From positions 1 to 16,675 of the forward strand of contig JBBRXO010000062.1 of the NCBI GenBank assembly GCA_038248345.1: a stretch of 16,675 nt of DNA, read 5' to 3'. Each line of letters opens with the position of its first letter. The first letter of the stretch is position 1. The stretch comes from Armatimonadota bacterium (lineage in GTDB: Bacteria; Armatimonadota; Hebobacteria; CAIYQO01). The notes under the pieces are model-generated. The model made no database searches. It was given only the letters and a program-made list of their open reading frames with translations, and was not told where the DNA came from. This document shows, piece by piece, positions 15,305-16,675 of the stretch. The translations under genes and the position numbers were made by a program.

Positions 15305-16675
15305 ATGCCACAACGTTCCCTGGTGACTATCGTCACCCTGTTACTGCTCTGTCTCGCCGGCACCTTTGCCGGGGCGGCAGCACCGACCATCATCGCCTTC
15401 ACGCCGACTTCCGGGCCCGTCGGCACGATGGTCACCGTCTTCGGCACTAATCTGGCCACCTCAACCGTTAAAGTGAACGGCACGGTGGCGACTCTCGGGA
15501 GCGTGATCCCAATTACCCTCACTATCGCGCCCGGGACGACCACCGGGCCGATCACCGTCACCACGACGGAGGGCACGGCGACCAGCGCGACGAATTTCAT
15601 CGTCACTCCGACGTTGCCACTCCTCCTGGGCTTTTCGCCAACCAGCGGCCCAGTCGGGACCGCCGTCTACCTATCCGGTACTGGCTTCACCGGAGCAACC
15701 GCAGTGAAGTTCAACGGCACGGCGGCCACCAGCATCACCGTGTTGTTGGACTCACTGATTAAAGTTATTGTGCCCGCCAGCGCCACCACCGGAACCATTG
15801 CCGTCACCACCCCCATCGGCACGGCAACCAGCGCGACCTCATTTACTGTGACAGCGCCAGCGCTGGTGCCGACCATCACCAGCTTCACCCCGGCTAGCGG
15901 GCCGGTGAGCATGGTGGTTACTTTGATAGGCACCAACTTCACCGGCGCGACCGCAGTGAAATTCAATGGCATTGCGGCGACGACCTTTAGCGTGGTTAGT
16001 GCCACTAGCATCACAGCCACTGTGCCTGCAGGTGCCACCACCGGTAAAATTACCGTCACCACCCTTGCTGATACGGCCACCAGCGCGACGAGCTTCACCG
16101 TAATTCCGGCACCGTTGATTAGTTCTTTTACCCCGGCCAGCGGGCCGGTGGGCACCGTGGTCACCATTACCGGCACCAACTTCACCAGCGCGACGACTGT
16201 AAAATTCAATGGCATTGCGGCCACGACCTTTAGCGTGGTTAGCGCCACTAGCATCACGGCGACTGTCCCGGCGGGCGCAACTACTGGGATGATCAGCGTG
16301 ACCACCCCTGGCGGCACGGCGACGAGTACCGCTAATTTTACCGTAGCAGGTAATATCGCAGGCACACCCGGCACCAACGCCAACGATAACGCCGCCATGA
16401 TCTGGGTGCCAGGAGCAACTTTTACCATGGGAACAACATACTCTCCTTCTGGATACGCTCCTTATACCCAGCAGGTCACCCTTTCCGGCTATTGGATTTA
16501 CAAATACGATGTCACGGTGGCGCAGTATCGCGCCTTCTGCACCGCCACCGGGCGGGCGTTGCCACCTTGGCCCGGGAATCAGTACAGCTGGACTGGTAAA
16601 TTTGGCTGGGATGATGCGGCATTACAGCAGCACCCGATCGTCAATGTCACCTGGTATGACGCCAAAGCCTATGCC
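15305..16675 (+). CDS. Secreted protein with four IPT/TIG domains and an FGE-sulfatase (SUMF1-like, CLec fold) domain; runs off the right edge; not in the ORF track
   Basis: ATG 15305 with SD GGAGG and 457 open codons. Signal peptide MPQRSLVTIVTLLLLCLAGTFAGA. Four repeats of P.I..F(T/S)P.SGPV...V...GT.F...VKFNG. From 16397: MIWVPGATFTMG...YWIYKYDVTVAQYRAF...HPIVNVTWYDAKAYA. Confidence 0.92.
   Translation, partial: MPQRSLVTIVTLLLLCLAGTFAGAAAPTIIAFTPTSGPVGTMVTVFGTNLATSTVKVNGTVATLGSVIPITLTIAPGTTTGPITVTTTEGTATSATNFIVTPTLPLLLGFSPTSGPVGTAVYLSGTGFTGATAVKFNGTAATSITVLLDSLIKVIVPASATTGTIAVTTPIGTATSATSFTVTAPALVPTITSFTPASGPVSMVVTLIGTNFTGATAVKFNGIAATTFSVVSATSITATVPAGATTGKITVTTLADTATSATSFTVIPAPLISSFTPASGPVGTVVTITGTNFTSATTVKFNGIAATTFSVVSATSITATVPAGATTGMISVTTPGGTATSTANFTVAGNIAGTPGTNANDNAAMIWVPGATFTMGTTYSPSGYAPYTQQVTLSGYWIYKYDVTVAQYRAFCTATGRALPPWPGNQYSWTGKFGWDDAALQQHPIVNVTWYDAKAYA
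15383..16345 (+). repeat. Four tandem IPT/TIG coding repeats (~80 aa each)
   Basis: Units start at 15383, 15617, 15869 and 16112. Units 3 and 4 (243-bp period) share long near-identical DNA runs such as AAATTCAATGGCATTGCGGC-ACGACCTTTAGCGTGGTTAG. Confidence 0.9.

Noticed and set aside
15268..16428. Val/Ala-rich minus-strand ORFs (112 and 253 aa)
   Set aside because: Antisense mirrors of the Thr-rich IPT/TIG repeats of the + strand gene starting at 15305.

Overview
Bacterial chromosomal window with a mosaic of accessory DNA. The gene style (FlgD/NHL/CBM9-like giant protein, IPT/TIG plus FGE protein) suggests Armatimonadota or PVC-type bacteria, but that is inference. The left part (1-~3110, minus strand, visibly AT-rich) holds three secreted hypothetical proteins, one running off the left edge and absent from the ORF track. 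Two of them look like divergent tandem paralogs. A 281-bp inverted-repeat-bounded element there carries an internally deleted RAYT/Y1 transposase. This block abuts a truncated BioD-like/Pta-N (AAA_26) gene. Divergently transcribed are an OmpR/PhoB-family regulator and a PhoR/WalK-like kinase. The 800-bp intergenic region after them contains a ~160-nt rod-with-central-bubble fold (6S-RNA-like architecture, candidate ncRNA) and several REP-like palindromes. Next come a 1284-aa secreted CBM9-like/FlgD/NHL protein, a FucI/AraA-like isomerase-fold protein, a clan GH-D glycosidase and a telescoped pseudogene related to the 1284-aa protein. The window ends with a nested REP/REPIN cluster and a secreted 4xIPT/TIG plus FGE-sulfatase (CLec) protein that runs off the right edge. 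No CRISPR array, rRNA or tRNA was seen. All family calls are from motifs read by eye; no searches were run.
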